From the NCBI GenBank assembly GCA_945919375.1, contig CAMEJD010000006.1, positions 7,406 to 71,405 of the forward strand: 64,000 nucleotides of DNA. Reading direction: 5' to 3'. How positions within the stretch are numbered: the first letter of the stretch is position 1; every line of letters begins with the position of its first letter. The translations under genes were made by a program, and so were the position numbers. Of the stretch, positions 8,734 through 17,239 are shown in pieces. Source of the DNA: an uncultured Clostridia bacterium (GTDB taxonomy: Bacteria; Bacillota; Clostridia; Christensenellales; UBA1242). The notes beneath the pieces were generated by a model. It worked only from the letters and a program-made list of their open reading frames with translations. It was not told where the DNA came from and did no database searches.

Positions 8734-8763
8734 AGTATACCCCCCCCCTAGGGTATTTGTCAA
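8734..8763 (-). promoter_or_regulatory. Sigma-A-type promoter (TTGACA-N18-TATACT) with a G9 homopolymer inside the spacer
   Basis: Minus strand: TTGACA (8758-8763), spacer AATACCCTAGGGGGGGGG (8740-8757; C-run 8740-8748 on the plus strand), TATACT (8734-8739). It lies about 50 nt upstream of the 8682 start. It shares TCATTTGACA...TATACTAAAAT with the promoter at 16926-16955. Confidence 0.5.
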
Positions 8764-8875
8764 ATGAAAAGCAAAAGTCTTTTGAAAATTTTTTAATAGT
8801 CATTTCTTTTTTAATAGTCATTTTGACCATCGATTCACTAACGGACAAAGAAGAAATCTAAACTTCTTTTTATTA

Positions 8876-8910
8876 TAAAAAATACCCATTTTTTTCATGG
8901 GTATTATTTT
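8876..8910 (-). terminator. Intrinsic terminator downstream of the J-domain gene
   Basis: AATACCCAT-loop-ATGGGTATT hairpin (8881-8905) followed by a T-run on the minus strand. Confidence 0.65.
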
Positions 8911-9402
8911 TTAATCAATAATCATACACAACGCAATTATTCCAATTATTATTGCCAAAATAATTATTATGTATATTGTTAGTTTTTTATTTTCTCGTTT
9001 TTCACTGTCATCTTCACTAACCTTGACTACTTGTTGTTTTACCTTTTGTGGTCTTATTTTTGATTTTTGATTTTTATCTTGTTTATGCTTATTTTGATGT
9101 AAATTGGTTCTAAATCGCCTAAAAAACTCTTTCAATACAAAATCATCTTCACTTTTTGTTGCTTTTGTTTGCTCTTGTTTTGGTTCAACCCTTTCAAGTT
9201 CAATATCGTAAACTCTTCTTTTTTCATCGTCTTTGAGTGTTGCATAACATTCATTTATTAGTGCAGTTTTGTCTTGGGCAAATTCTTGGTCGCCATCAAA
9301 AACATCTGGATGATATTTTTTTAGCATTGACAAATAAGCAAGTTTTATTTCTTGCTTACTTGCATTCCTATTTACACCTAACTCTTTATAATAATTTATC
9401 AA
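8911..9402 (-). CDS. J-domain protein with C-terminal membrane anchor
   Basis: YYKELGVNRNASKQEIKLAYLSMLKKYHPDVF (HPD motif), a basic K/Q-rich linker and the C-terminal TM LTIYIIIILAIIIGIIALCMI. The TTG start overlaps the uvrA stop by 4 nt. Confidence 0.7.
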   Translation of the reverse strand: MINYYKELGVNRNASKQEIKLAYLSMLKKYHPDVFDGDQEFAQDKTALINECYATLKDDEKRRVYDIELERVEPKQEQTKATKSEDDFVLKEFFRRFRTNLHQNKHKQDKNQKSKIRPQKVKQQVVKVSEDDSEKRENKKLTIYIIIILAIIIGIIALCMIID

Positions 9403-12212
9403 TCTAGTACCTTTTTAAGATATATACCTGTGTAACTACCTTTTACCTTTGCGACTTCTTCCGGTGTTCCTTTTGCAACAATGTTTCCACCACCATCTCC
9501 ACCTTCTGGTCCAAGGTCAATTATATAGTCTGCACACTTTATCATATCAAGGTTGTGTTCAATTACCACAACTGTATTATTATTTTGCACTAATTTTGTC
9601 AAAATTGCAATAAGTTTTTTTACATCATCCACATGAAGTCCTGTTGTTGGTTCATCAAGTATATAAATAGTCTTGCCTGTGCTACGCTTGCATAGTTCGG
9701 TTGCAAGTTTGACTCTTTGGGCTTCACCACCACTTAATGTTGTTGAACTTTGACCCAATGTGATATATCCAAGTCCAACATCGTTTAGTGCTTTCACTTT
9801 TGGATATATACTTGGTATATTTTCAAAAAACGTGCAAGCATCTTCAACTGTCATATCAAGAACATCAGCAATAGACTTGCCTTTGTATTTTACTTCCAAT
9901 GTTTCACTGTTATATCTTTTTCCTTTGCACACTTCACAAGGAACAGTTATATCTGGCAAGAAATACATCTCAATTTCCTTAACACCAGCACCTTCACAAG
10001 TTTCACATCTTCCACCTTTAATATTAAAACTAAATCTTCCAGATGTGTAGCCTTTCATTTTTGCATCAACAGTTTTTGCAAAAAGTTCTCTTATTGGTGT
10101 CCAAACACCTGTGTATGTTGCTGGGTTACTTCTTGGTGTTCTGCCTATTGGTGATTGGTCAATGCAAATAACCTTGTCTAGTTTTTCAATGCCTGTAATT
10201 TCTTTCACATTGCCAAGTTGCTTGTTTGCACCATTGAGTGCATTTGCCAAATATGGATAAAGTATGCCGTTTACCAAACTACTTTTTCCACTTCCACTAA
10301 CACCTGTTATACAAGTAAACACACCAAGCGGAATGTCCACATTTATGTTATTTAGGTTATTTTGCTTTGCACCAATTATATGCAAATAGTCTTTTGATTT
10401 TTTTCTTTCTTTGCTATATTCAATTTTTTCTTTGCCAGAAAGGTATTTCCCAGTGATAGATTTTGGCGAATTGATTATATCTTGCACACTTCCACAAGCA
10501 ACAATTTCGCCACCATGAATACCCGCTTTGGGCCCAACATCAACGATATAGTCAGCAGAACGAATTGTATCTTCGTCATGCTCAACAACAATTAAACTAT
10601 TTCCCAAATCTCTTAAATGTTTTAATGTTGCAAGCAATTTGTCATTATCTCTTTGATGAAGTCCAATGCTAGGTTCATCAAGGATATAAAGCACACCAAC
10701 AAGTCCACTACCAATTTGAGTTGCAAGTCGTATTCTTTGACTTTCGCCACCACTTAATGTTTCGGCACTTCTTGAAAGTGATAAATATCCAAGCCCAACA
10801 TCTTTCAAAAAGTTAAGTCTTGCTTTGATTTCTTTGAGTATTGGTTCGCTTACTGGAATATCTTGTTTTTCAAATTTAATGGTGTCAATATATTCAAGCA
10901 AATCAACAACACTCATATTTGACATTTCCAAAATATCTTTGCCACCAATTCTAACGGCAAGTGCCTGTTCGTTAAGCCTTCTTCCATGACAAGTTTTGCA
11001 AGTCATTTCTTCCATAAACTTGCCAATTTCAAACTTTATATACTCACTTGTTGTTTCTTTATATCTTCTTCGTAAATTATTTACAATACCTTCAAAAGAT
11101 GCATTATATTTGCCAGAAAAACGAGCATTTTGCATCTCCATTTCAATTTTTTCGCCACCGTTACCATGCAAAATTATATCCAATTGGTCTTTTGGTAAAT
11201 CTTTTACGGGGCAGTCTAGGTTAATGCCATATATTTTTGAAAGCATTTCAAAATACATCCCTGCCATAGAGTTTTTGTCCCCACTCCAACCAGTTATGTT
11301 AAATGCACCTTCATGAATGGACAAATGTGCATTTTTTAATACTTTGCTTTCATCAATATCCAAAGTGTAGCCAATTCCTGTACAATTTGGGCAAGCACCT
11401 ATTGGACTATTGAATGAAAATAATCTTGGTGTTATTTCCCCCAATGTCCAACCACAAGTTGGGCAAGCAAACAATGTTGAAAACAATTCCTTTTCGCCAT
11501 TTACTTCAACAAGACATATTCCTTCGCCAAGTTTTACTGCTGTTTCAACGCTTTCAAAAAGTCTTGGTTTTACATCTTTGTTTAAAACTAATCTATCTAT
11601 AATTACTGCAATATCGTGCTTTTTGTTTTTGTCGAGTTCAATTTTTTCATCAAGAGTGTAAATTATTCCATCAACTTCAACCCTAACATAACCACTCTTT
11701 TTTAACTTTTCAAATAATTTTTCTTGAGCACCTTTTTTTTGTCTTACAAGTGGTGCAAGAACAATAACTTTTGTTCCTTCTTCCTTTTGCAAAATTTTGT
11801 CTATAATTTGGTCTATTGACTGTTTTTTTATTGGTTCATTGCAATGTGGACAATATGGAACTCCAATACGTGAATAAAGCAAACGCATATAGTCATATAT
11901 TTCGGTTATTGTTCCAACTGTTGACCTTGGGTTATGGCTTGTTGTTTTTTGGTCAATGGAAATGGCAGGACTAAGCCCACTAATTTGGTCAACATCTGGC
12001 TTTTGGCTTTGACCTAAAAACATTCTTGCATAACTTGACAAACTTTCGATATATCTTCTTTGCCCTTCGGCAAAAATTGTGTCAAAAGCGAGTGTACTTT
12101 TCCCACTGCCACTAACACCACTAAACACAACAAGTTTATCTCTTGGAATGTCAACATCAACATTCTTTAAATTATTTTCTCTTGCTCCACGAACTTTTAT
12201 AAATTTATCCAT
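9399..12212 (-). CDS. uvrA: Excinuclease ABC subunit A
   Basis: MDKFIKVRGARENNLKNVDVDIPRDKLVVFSGVSGSGKSTLAFDTIFAEGQRRY, two ABC modules (LSGGESQRIRLA, LSGGEAQRVKLA) and zinc-finger CxxC pairs. Start moved to ATG 12212 (M49 of the track ORF). Confidence 0.97.
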   Translation of the reverse strand: MDKFIKVRGARENNLKNVDVDIPRDKLVVFSGVSGSGKSTLAFDTIFAEGQRRYIESLSSYARMFLGQSQKPDVDQISGLSPAISIDQKTTSHNPRSTVGTITEIYDYMRLLYSRIGVPYCPHCNEPIKKQSIDQIIDKILQKEEGTKVIVLAPLVRQKKGAQEKLFEKLKKSGYVRVEVDGIIYTLDEKIELDKNKKHDIAVIIDRLVLNKDVKPRLFESVETAVKLGEGICLVEVNGEKELFSTLFACPTCGWTLGEITPRLFSFNSPIGACPNCTGIGYTLDIDESKVLKNAHLSIHEGAFNITGWSGDKNSMAGMYFEMLSKIYGINLDCPVKDLPKDQLDIILHGNGGEKIEMEMQNARFSGKYNASFEGIVNNLRRRYKETTSEYIKFEIGKFMEEMTCKTCHGRRLNEQALAVRIGGKDILEMSNMSVVDLLEYIDTIKFEKQDIPVSEPILKEIKARLNFLKDVGLGYLSLSRSAETLSGGESQRIRLATQIGSGLVGVLYILDEPSIGLHQRDNDKLLATLKHLRDLGNSLIVVEHDEDTIRSADYIVDVGPKAGIHGGEIVACGSVQDIINSPKSITGKYLSGKEKIEYSKERKKSKDYLHIIGAKQNNLNNINVDIPLGVFTCITGVSGSGKSSLVNGILYPYLANALNGANKQLGNVKEITGIEKLDKVICIDQSPIGRTPRSNPATYTGVWTPIRELFAKTVDAKMKGYTSGRFSFNIKGGRCETCEGAGVKEIEMYFLPDITVPCEVCKGKRYNSETLEVKYKGKSIADVLDMTVEDACTFFENIPSIYPKVKALNDVGLGYITLGQSSTTLSGGEAQRVKLATELCKRSTGKTIYILDEPTTGLHVDDVKKLIAILTKLVQNNNTVVVIEHNLDMIKCADYIIDLGPEGGDGGGNIVAKGTPEEVAKVKGSYTGIYLKKVLD

Positions 12213-12288
12213 AGTAGATATATTATACCACATTTTTTTAATATGAAAAATAGTAAATAACAAATTTTTAATTTTTTTTAAAAATCTC

Positions 12289-12317
12289 TTGACAAGCACT
12301 TTAAAAGTGTATAAAAT
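12289..12317 (+). promoter_or_regulatory. Sigma-A-type promoter TTGACA-N17-TAAAAT
   Basis: TTGACA at 12289-12294 and TAAAAT at 12312-12317, upstream of the 12371 ORF, which has AAAGGAG before its ATG. Confidence 0.55.
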
Positions 12318-12370
12318 ACGCTTTCGGTATAAAAAAGACCAATAAAAAATATTCAAAAGGAGAAGAAAAA

Positions 12371-12823
12371 ATGACTAACGTTAATGATTTGAGAATTGTA
12401 AAATTATATCATGTTCACTCTTTTGACACCAATGACTATGGATTTGTTATTGGAGTAAATGTATTAAAAGATAGAAGCAATTTTGTTTTGGTAAAAAAAT
12501 GTGGCGATAAGTATAAAATTGTTCCAACTAATGAAAATCAAACAAAAACTGCAGTTGTAAGAGAAAATCCAGAAGAATTATATAGTCTTACAATAAAAAA
12601 GGAAAGAAAAAACAACAGATATAGAAAACCTTTCCATATTTGTGAAAAACTTGCTGGGAAAAAACTTTCAAAAGAAGAACTTATCAAATTTGCAAGAATG
12701 ATTGATTCTCTTGATAGTGATGGTTCAGAAGAACAAACAAGTGAAGAACTTTATGATACTTGTGAGAGTTTTGAAAACTATCTTGAACATGAAAATAATA
12801 AAAATGACCAATTTTCACTATAA
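12371..12823 (+). CDS. Hypothetical protein
   Basis: 150-aa ORF with a good RBS and promoter, followed by a terminator. No recognisable domain. Confidence 0.5.
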   Translation: MTNVNDLRIVKLYHVHSFDTNDYGFVIGVNVLKDRSNFVLVKKCGDKYKIVPTNENQTKTAVVRENPEELYSLTIKKERKNNRYRKPFHICEKLAGKKLSKEELIKFARMIDSLDSDGSEEQTSEELYDTCESFENYLEHENNKNDQFSL

Positions 12824-12825
12824 AA

Positions 12826-12860
12826 AAATCTACGAAACAAAAATGTTCCGTAGATTTTTT
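12826..12860. terminator. Bidirectional intrinsic terminator
   Basis: AAATCTACGAAAC...GTTCCGTAGATTT hairpin with one mismatch, flanked by an A-run and a T-run, between convergent genes. Confidence 0.65.
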
Positions 12861-12861
12861 A

Positions 12862-13317
12862 TTACATACTAAATTCACTTTGATTATCAAATTGTTCTTC
12901 ATATTTTGTTATATTTGGTTCAATGTTTTCTTTTATTCTTTTGTAATCCAAAGTTTTGTAAATATAGGTTTCATAATCTTCCTTATCAATTGAATAACCA
13001 TATTTGTTATAAAATGGTTTTGCAAATTCGTTTTCTGGATAAAACTTCCCTTCAACAACTTGTGCTCTGTTTTGCAAAGCAAAATATTCAAGCAAATTTA
13101 TTGTTGCAGTCCCAACTCCAGTGTGTGCATACTTTGGATATGTTTCAATTTTGTAAAGCCAAATTGAATCTTGGTATTTGTTTCTCTTTAATTTGAATGT
13201 TGCATAACCCATTATGTTTGAATTATCCAATATTTCAATGCGATATGAATTTTGTTCTTGATTGTATAAAATTTTTGCTTCAAATTCTTTATTGCAAACT
13301 TTTACTTTCATTTTCAA
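12862..13317 (-). CDS. GNAT-family N-acetyltransferase (probable)
   Basis: YPKYAHTGVGTATINLLEYFA resembles the GNAT motif A (R/Q-x-x-G-x-G/A) followed by ..FY.K.GY. 151 aa. Confidence 0.55.
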   Translation of the reverse strand: MKMKVKVCNKEFEAKILYNQEQNSYRIEILDNSNIMGYATFKLKRNKYQDSIWLYKIETYPKYAHTGVGTATINLLEYFALQNRAQVVEGKFYPENEFAKPFYNKYGYSIDKEDYETYIYKTLDYKRIKENIEPNITKYEEQFDNQSEFSM

Positions 13318-13337
13318 CCTTCAAAATTAGTATACCA

Positions 13338-14192
13338 CTATTCTTTTGAAATTTCCATAGGCTCATCTTCATTTTTATGATTTTTTACATATTTTGTCCA
13401 TTTTATGTAACCATAAATTGTGTTTGTCAAATATCCAAGTTCCAAAATAAGCATAACCCATTGCTTGCTCAATATCCACATAATGCTTTCGCATACAGTA
13501 AGACCGAGCCATGCAATCCATTGTTCTTTATATCTAAACCACAAGAATAACCCATTACATACGCTAAATGTGTTTGCAAGTGCATCAATATACCAATATT
13601 CGCTTAATCCACTAAACCATGTTCCTGGGAACCAAGTTCCTGCAAATGTAAATATAATACCCATACATATTGATACAGCAAGAACACCAACAAACATCAA
13701 TGTTTCTTTTTTATAATTAATTGCTTTTACTTGTGTTATATTTGCATCTTCTTTATCTTTCTTTTTATCCCAAGCGAAAAATGAGATAAACAACATAGGA
13801 CACCAAAATAGCACTTCAAACAATGCACTAACATAATATCCATTTGCGACATAAACAACAATTTGTGTTAGGTCATAGAAAAAGAACGATATAATAAATG
13901 CCCACTTTGATTGCTTTGAAAGTAACAATTCACAAGCACAACCACCAACCAAAGTAATCATAGCAAACATTTGTACCCACCAAACTTCACCTTCTGGGAA
14001 TAAAATTCCAAGTGTTATACCTACTGACCAAAGTACAAACAACCATATTTTTTCATAAGTTGTAAAGTATTGCCACAACCTTACAAAAATATTTTTCTTT
14101 TTAGTTGTTTTATTTTTTTCATTTAAAACGACATCATTTTTTATTTCTTCATTAGCAACACTATTATTGCTAATTTCATTATTATTTTCCAT
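13338..14192 (-). CDS. pnuC: PnuC-family transporter (nicotinamide riboside or related vitamin)
   Basis: Polytopic membrane protein with the PnuC-like signature LFLWFRYKEQWIAWLGL....MWIL and the terminal IYGYIKW. The substrate cannot be inferred. Confidence 0.65.
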   Translation of the reverse strand: MENNNEISNNSVANEEIKNDVVLNEKNKTTKKKNIFVRLWQYFTTYEKIWLFVLWSVGITLGILFPEGEVWWVQMFAMITLVGGCACELLLSKQSKWAFIISFFFYDLTQIVVYVANGYYVSALFEVLFWCPMLFISFFAWDKKKDKEDANITQVKAINYKKETLMFVGVLAVSICMGIIFTFAGTWFPGTWFSGLSEYWYIDALANTFSVCNGLFLWFRYKEQWIAWLGLTVCESIMWILSKQWVMLILELGYLTNTIYGYIKWTKYVKNHKNEDEPMEISKE

Positions 14193-14302
14193 TATTTTAA
14201 TTTATCCTTTTTATTTTATATATATTTTTTATTATTAAACCAATCTATATCAAATATTAATGTAGATTTTTAAATTTACTGCAAACCAATCGGTATATTA
14301 AA

Positions 14303-14740
14303 TGTACAAAAATTTGGCAGTAAACGAAGTATTGCGTAGTTTTTATTAAAAACCAGTAATGTGTTGTACCAAAATTTAATAAAAACAAGCAAGACGAGGC
14401 TCATCGTCAAAACTCTCGCTTGTACTCATTTTGAATGTCTTACATTCAAAATCTCGGTTCGCACGCTCGGTTTTTCCTTTCCCCAAAAACAACAACTGTT
14501 TTTGGGGTACCCCATATGCGTCCACGCAGGAGTTTGGACTTCCAAATGACTGTGTGGAAAATTTGGCAGTAAACAAAGTATTGCGTAGTTTTTATTAAAA
14601 ACCAGTAATGCGTTGTACCAAAATTTAATAAAAACAAGCAAGACGAGGCTCGACAAATTTTCAACGCAGGAGTTTGGTTTTCCAAATGACTGTGTGGAAA
14701 ATTTGGCAGTAAACAAAGTATTGCGCAGTTTTTATTAAAT
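14303..14740. repeat. Tandem array (2 full units plus 1 partial) of a ~140-bp structured repeat; the first unit carries a ~120-bp insert module (14403-14523)
   Basis: AATTTGGCAGTAAAC[G/A]AAGTATTGCG[T/C]AGTTTTTATTAAA recurs at 14311, 14561 and 14701; in the first two copies the unit continues ...AACCAGTAATG[T/C]GTTGTACCAAAATTTAATAAAAACAAGCAAGACGAGGCTC. Hairpin cores ACGCAGGAGTTTGG-NNNN-CCAAATGACTGTGTGGAAAATTTGG are at 14524-14566 and 14664-14706. The short ORFs the track reports here are repeat artefacts. Confidence 0.85.
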
Positions 14741-14921
14741 TTTGCTTGGTGGTGGTAAACTCAAATACCCCCTTATATATAAAATAACTCTTTTCATAAT
14801 CTCTCTTAAATTATTTACCTGCAATTCTACCACATAAATGCAGATTATGTCAAGAGTTGTATTTTACTTTACAAAAGTACTAAAAACAAGTAAACTATTA
14901 TGATTACAAATAGGAGAAGAA

Positions 14922-16172
14922 ATGTTTTACGGATTAAATATAAATGAAAAATTAGTTGAACTTGCAAAAAGTTGTGATAGCGAACTTGAACCAATATTTA
15001 AAAAATATGATGAAGTCGCTTTAATAAATAGTGCAAAAGTATTGAAATCATTTCAAGATAACAGATTATCATGTTCAGATTTTGCCGAAGTTACTGGCTA
15101 TGGGTATAGTGATGGTGGCAGAGATAAATTGGAAAAAGTGTATGCTCAAATTTTTAAAGCAGAAGATGCACTCGTTCGTCCACAAATTATGAGTGGAACA
15201 CACGCTCTTAATCTAACATTTTCTGGACTTTTAAAATATGGCGATACAATGATTTCAATAACAGGAGAACCTTATGACTCATTAAAAAGCATAATAGGAC
15301 TCACTGGGACAAGCAAAAATTCATTACTTAAAAATGGTATTAAGTACGAACAAATTGAACTCGTGAATGATGATTTTGATATTGATACAATTCAAAATAG
15401 ATTAAAACAAAGCAAGGTTAAACTTGTGGAAATTCAAAGAAGTCGTGGATACTCTCATAGAAAAAGTTTGACTATTTCCAAGATAGAAAAAGTTTGCAAA
15501 GCAATTAAAGATGTTGACAACGATGTTATAATTATGGTTGATAACTGCTACGGAGATTTTGTTGAAACAAAAGAACCAATAGAAGTCGGTGCAGACATTA
15601 TTGTTGGTTCACTTATGAAAAATTTGGGTGGTGGTGTTGCGAAATCTGGTGGATACATTGTTGGAAGAAAAGATTTGATTGAAGATGTTGCAGAAAGGTA
15701 CTCTGCTCCATGCATTGGGAAAGATATTGGTGCAAACTTTAACCAACTTTTATCTTTCTTTAAAGGTTTATACAATGCTCCAACTGTTGTTGCATCAAGT
15801 TTAAAAACTATGACTTTTGCAGCATTGATGTTACAAAAACTGGGATACAAAGTTGACCCATTATTTGATGAAGAAAGAACAGACATTGTTCAAACAATAG
15901 ATTTGTATACAAGAGAAAATTTGATTAACTTTTGTGTTGGTATTCAAAAATGTGCCCCAGTTGAAAGTTATGTTACACCTGTACCTGGTGAAACTCCTGG
16001 ATATCCACATGAAGAAATTATGGCAAGTGGGAGTTTTACATCTGGTTCAACAATAGAACTCAGTTGTGATGGCCCACTTATTGAACCATTTACAGCATAT
16101 ATGCAAGGTGGGCTTACCTATGAATATGGTAAACTTGGAATACTGCTTGCTTTAAGTGAAGTGATAAAATAA
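14922..16172 (+). CDS. ynbB: PLP-dependent YnbB/aluminium-resistance family protein (Cys/Met-metabolism lyase-like)
   Basis: 416 aa. FAEVTGYGYSDGGRDKLEKVYAQIFKAEDALVRPQIMSGTHAL and IIVGSLMKNLGGG are typical of this family. Confidence 0.75.
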   Translation: MFYGLNINEKLVELAKSCDSELEPIFKKYDEVALINSAKVLKSFQDNRLSCSDFAEVTGYGYSDGGRDKLEKVYAQIFKAEDALVRPQIMSGTHALNLTFSGLLKYGDTMISITGEPYDSLKSIIGLTGTSKNSLLKNGIKYEQIELVNDDFDIDTIQNRLKQSKVKLVEIQRSRGYSHRKSLTISKIEKVCKAIKDVDNDVIIMVDNCYGDFVETKEPIEVGADIIVGSLMKNLGGGVAKSGGYIVGRKDLIEDVAERYSAPCIGKDIGANFNQLLSFFKGLYNAPTVVASSLKTMTFAALMLQKLGYKVDPLFDEERTDIVQTIDLYTRENLINFCVGIQKCAPVESYVTPVPGETPGYPHEEIMASGSFTSGSTIELSCDGPLIEPFTAYMQGGLTYEYGKLGILLALSEVIK

Positions 16173-16228
16173 TTTCAATAGAAATTTAGATTTACTTTAT
16201 TGTTAATTTTTAATAAAATGCAAAAAAA

Positions 16229-16260
16229 ATATGACGATTTAACATCGTCATATTTTTGTT
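16229..16260. terminator. Bidirectional intrinsic terminator
   Basis: ATATGACGAT-TTAAC-ATCGTCATAT flanked by an A8 run and a T-run, between convergent ynbB and 16269-16895. Confidence 0.75.
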
Positions 16261-16268
16261 TTTATTTA

Positions 16269-16895
16269 TTATGCACCATATGCAAATGTGATACTTGCTG
16301 TAAATGATGCAGAAGGGATGCCAACAGTTAAATCATTAACTGACATTGCATAAACAACTACTCCAGAAGCATTTGCAGCAACTGATTCAATAGTCTTTGA
16401 ACCTAAATTGCTGTTTGCAACAGCAGCCATTGTCCCACATGTTACTTTTAACTCTCTATTTGCTAAGTTATCAATTTTTGTAACAATGAAGTATGTCAAT
16501 TGTTTTGTTCCCACATTGCTGTAGCTTAAAGCCAAATTAGCACTATCAATTTTAATATTATCCCCGTCTGTTGCAATAATACCAGTAACTGCACCACCAT
16601 TTGTATATGTTCCTGTTTTGTCAGTAACATATGTCAATGTCTTTGTGGCTACTGTTTGATTTGCTGCTGTAGCATCTGTAATGCTTCCAGCAAGAGTATT
16701 CATTTCTTCTGTTGTCATTTTTTGGTCATAAGAGTAAACTGTTGTTGTCAAATTTACAAAGACATCACTTACAGTATAACTGATTGTACCAGAAATTTGG
16801 TATGTTACAGTTGATGCTGCAAATACACCAAAACAAAGAACAGCAATTGCCAAACACATTGATGCAATACTTGCTAATAATTTGAATTTTTTCAT
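16269..16895 (-). CDS. Surface-anchored protein consisting of the family N-module only
   Basis: MKKFKLLASIASMCLAIAVLCFGVFAASTVTYQISGTISYTVSDVFVNLTTTVYSY aligns with the N-termini of 7297-8682, 59641-60357 and 1-2489. 208 aa, T/A/V-rich, no LRR part. Confidence 0.65.
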   Translation of the reverse strand: MKKFKLLASIASMCLAIAVLCFGVFAASTVTYQISGTISYTVSDVFVNLTTTVYSYDQKMTTEEMNTLAGSITDATAANQTVATKTLTYVTDKTGTYTNGGAVTGIIATDGDNIKIDSANLALSYSNVGTKQLTYFIVTKIDNLANRELKVTCGTMAAVANSNLGSKTIESVAANASGVVVYAMSVNDLTVGIPSASFTASITFAYGA

Positions 16896-16925
16896 TTTTC
16901 TCTTTCTCCTTTTAATATCACTTGT

Positions 16926-16955
16926 ATTTTAGTATAAATAGTATAACTCTGTCAA
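16926..16955 (-). promoter_or_regulatory. Sigma-A-type promoter TTGACA-N18-TAAAAT
   Basis: Minus strand TCATTTGACAGAGTTATACTATTTATACTAAAATAC, with TTGACA at 16950-16955 and TAAAAT at 16926-16931. Confidence 0.5.
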
Positions 16956-16999
16956 ATGATTTTATACAATTTTACAAAATTTAAAAAAATTTTTAAATT

Positions 17000-17215
17000 T
17001 GATTTATTTATGCTGTGAGATTTTCTCCAAAGCAAAACTTCGGGGTCGGCAGTCGGAATAACTTTTCACAGGGATACCCCAAAAAACAGTTGTGTTTTTT
17101 TTTGGGGGGGAAAAAAAACGAGTATGCAAACCGAGATTTTGGATTCACATCATTCAAAATGAGTACAAGCGAACGCTTTTACACCATTTCAAGTGTGACA
17201 TCTTTGAACTATTAG
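17000..17215. repeat. Inverted, diverged copy of the insert module seen at 14403-14523, plus a degenerate hairpin remnant
   Basis: 17071-17181 aligns with the reverse complement of 14403-14520, about three-quarters identical by eye. Shared blocks are TACCCCAAAAACAGTTGT, AACCGAGATTTTG and CATTCAAAATGAGTACAAGCGA. Both hairpins are retained, and there is a T9-G7-A8 tract at 17095-17118. Confidence 0.75.
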
Positions 17216-17239
17216 CAAACGATAAATTTTGTTTATTTG

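Noticed and set aside
14361-14716. Track ORFs 14361-14549(+), 14376-14576(-), 14426-14716(-) and 14446-14685(-), including the recurring peptide MFTAKFSTQSFG.PNSCV.
   Set aside because: They lie entirely within the tandem repeat array, so the peptide recurs only because the DNA repeats. They overlap each other in several frames, lack an RBS, and have no protein-like composition.
14303-14740. Possible CRISPR array, or a tandem riboswitch for the pnuC-like gene.
   Set aside because: The period is 140 bp with no unique spacers and no cas genes. I could not find the conserved cores of the TPP (CTGAGA...), FMN or NAD+ riboswitches on either strand. The same element also occurs at 46.9 kb, in a convergent gap unrelated to any transporter.
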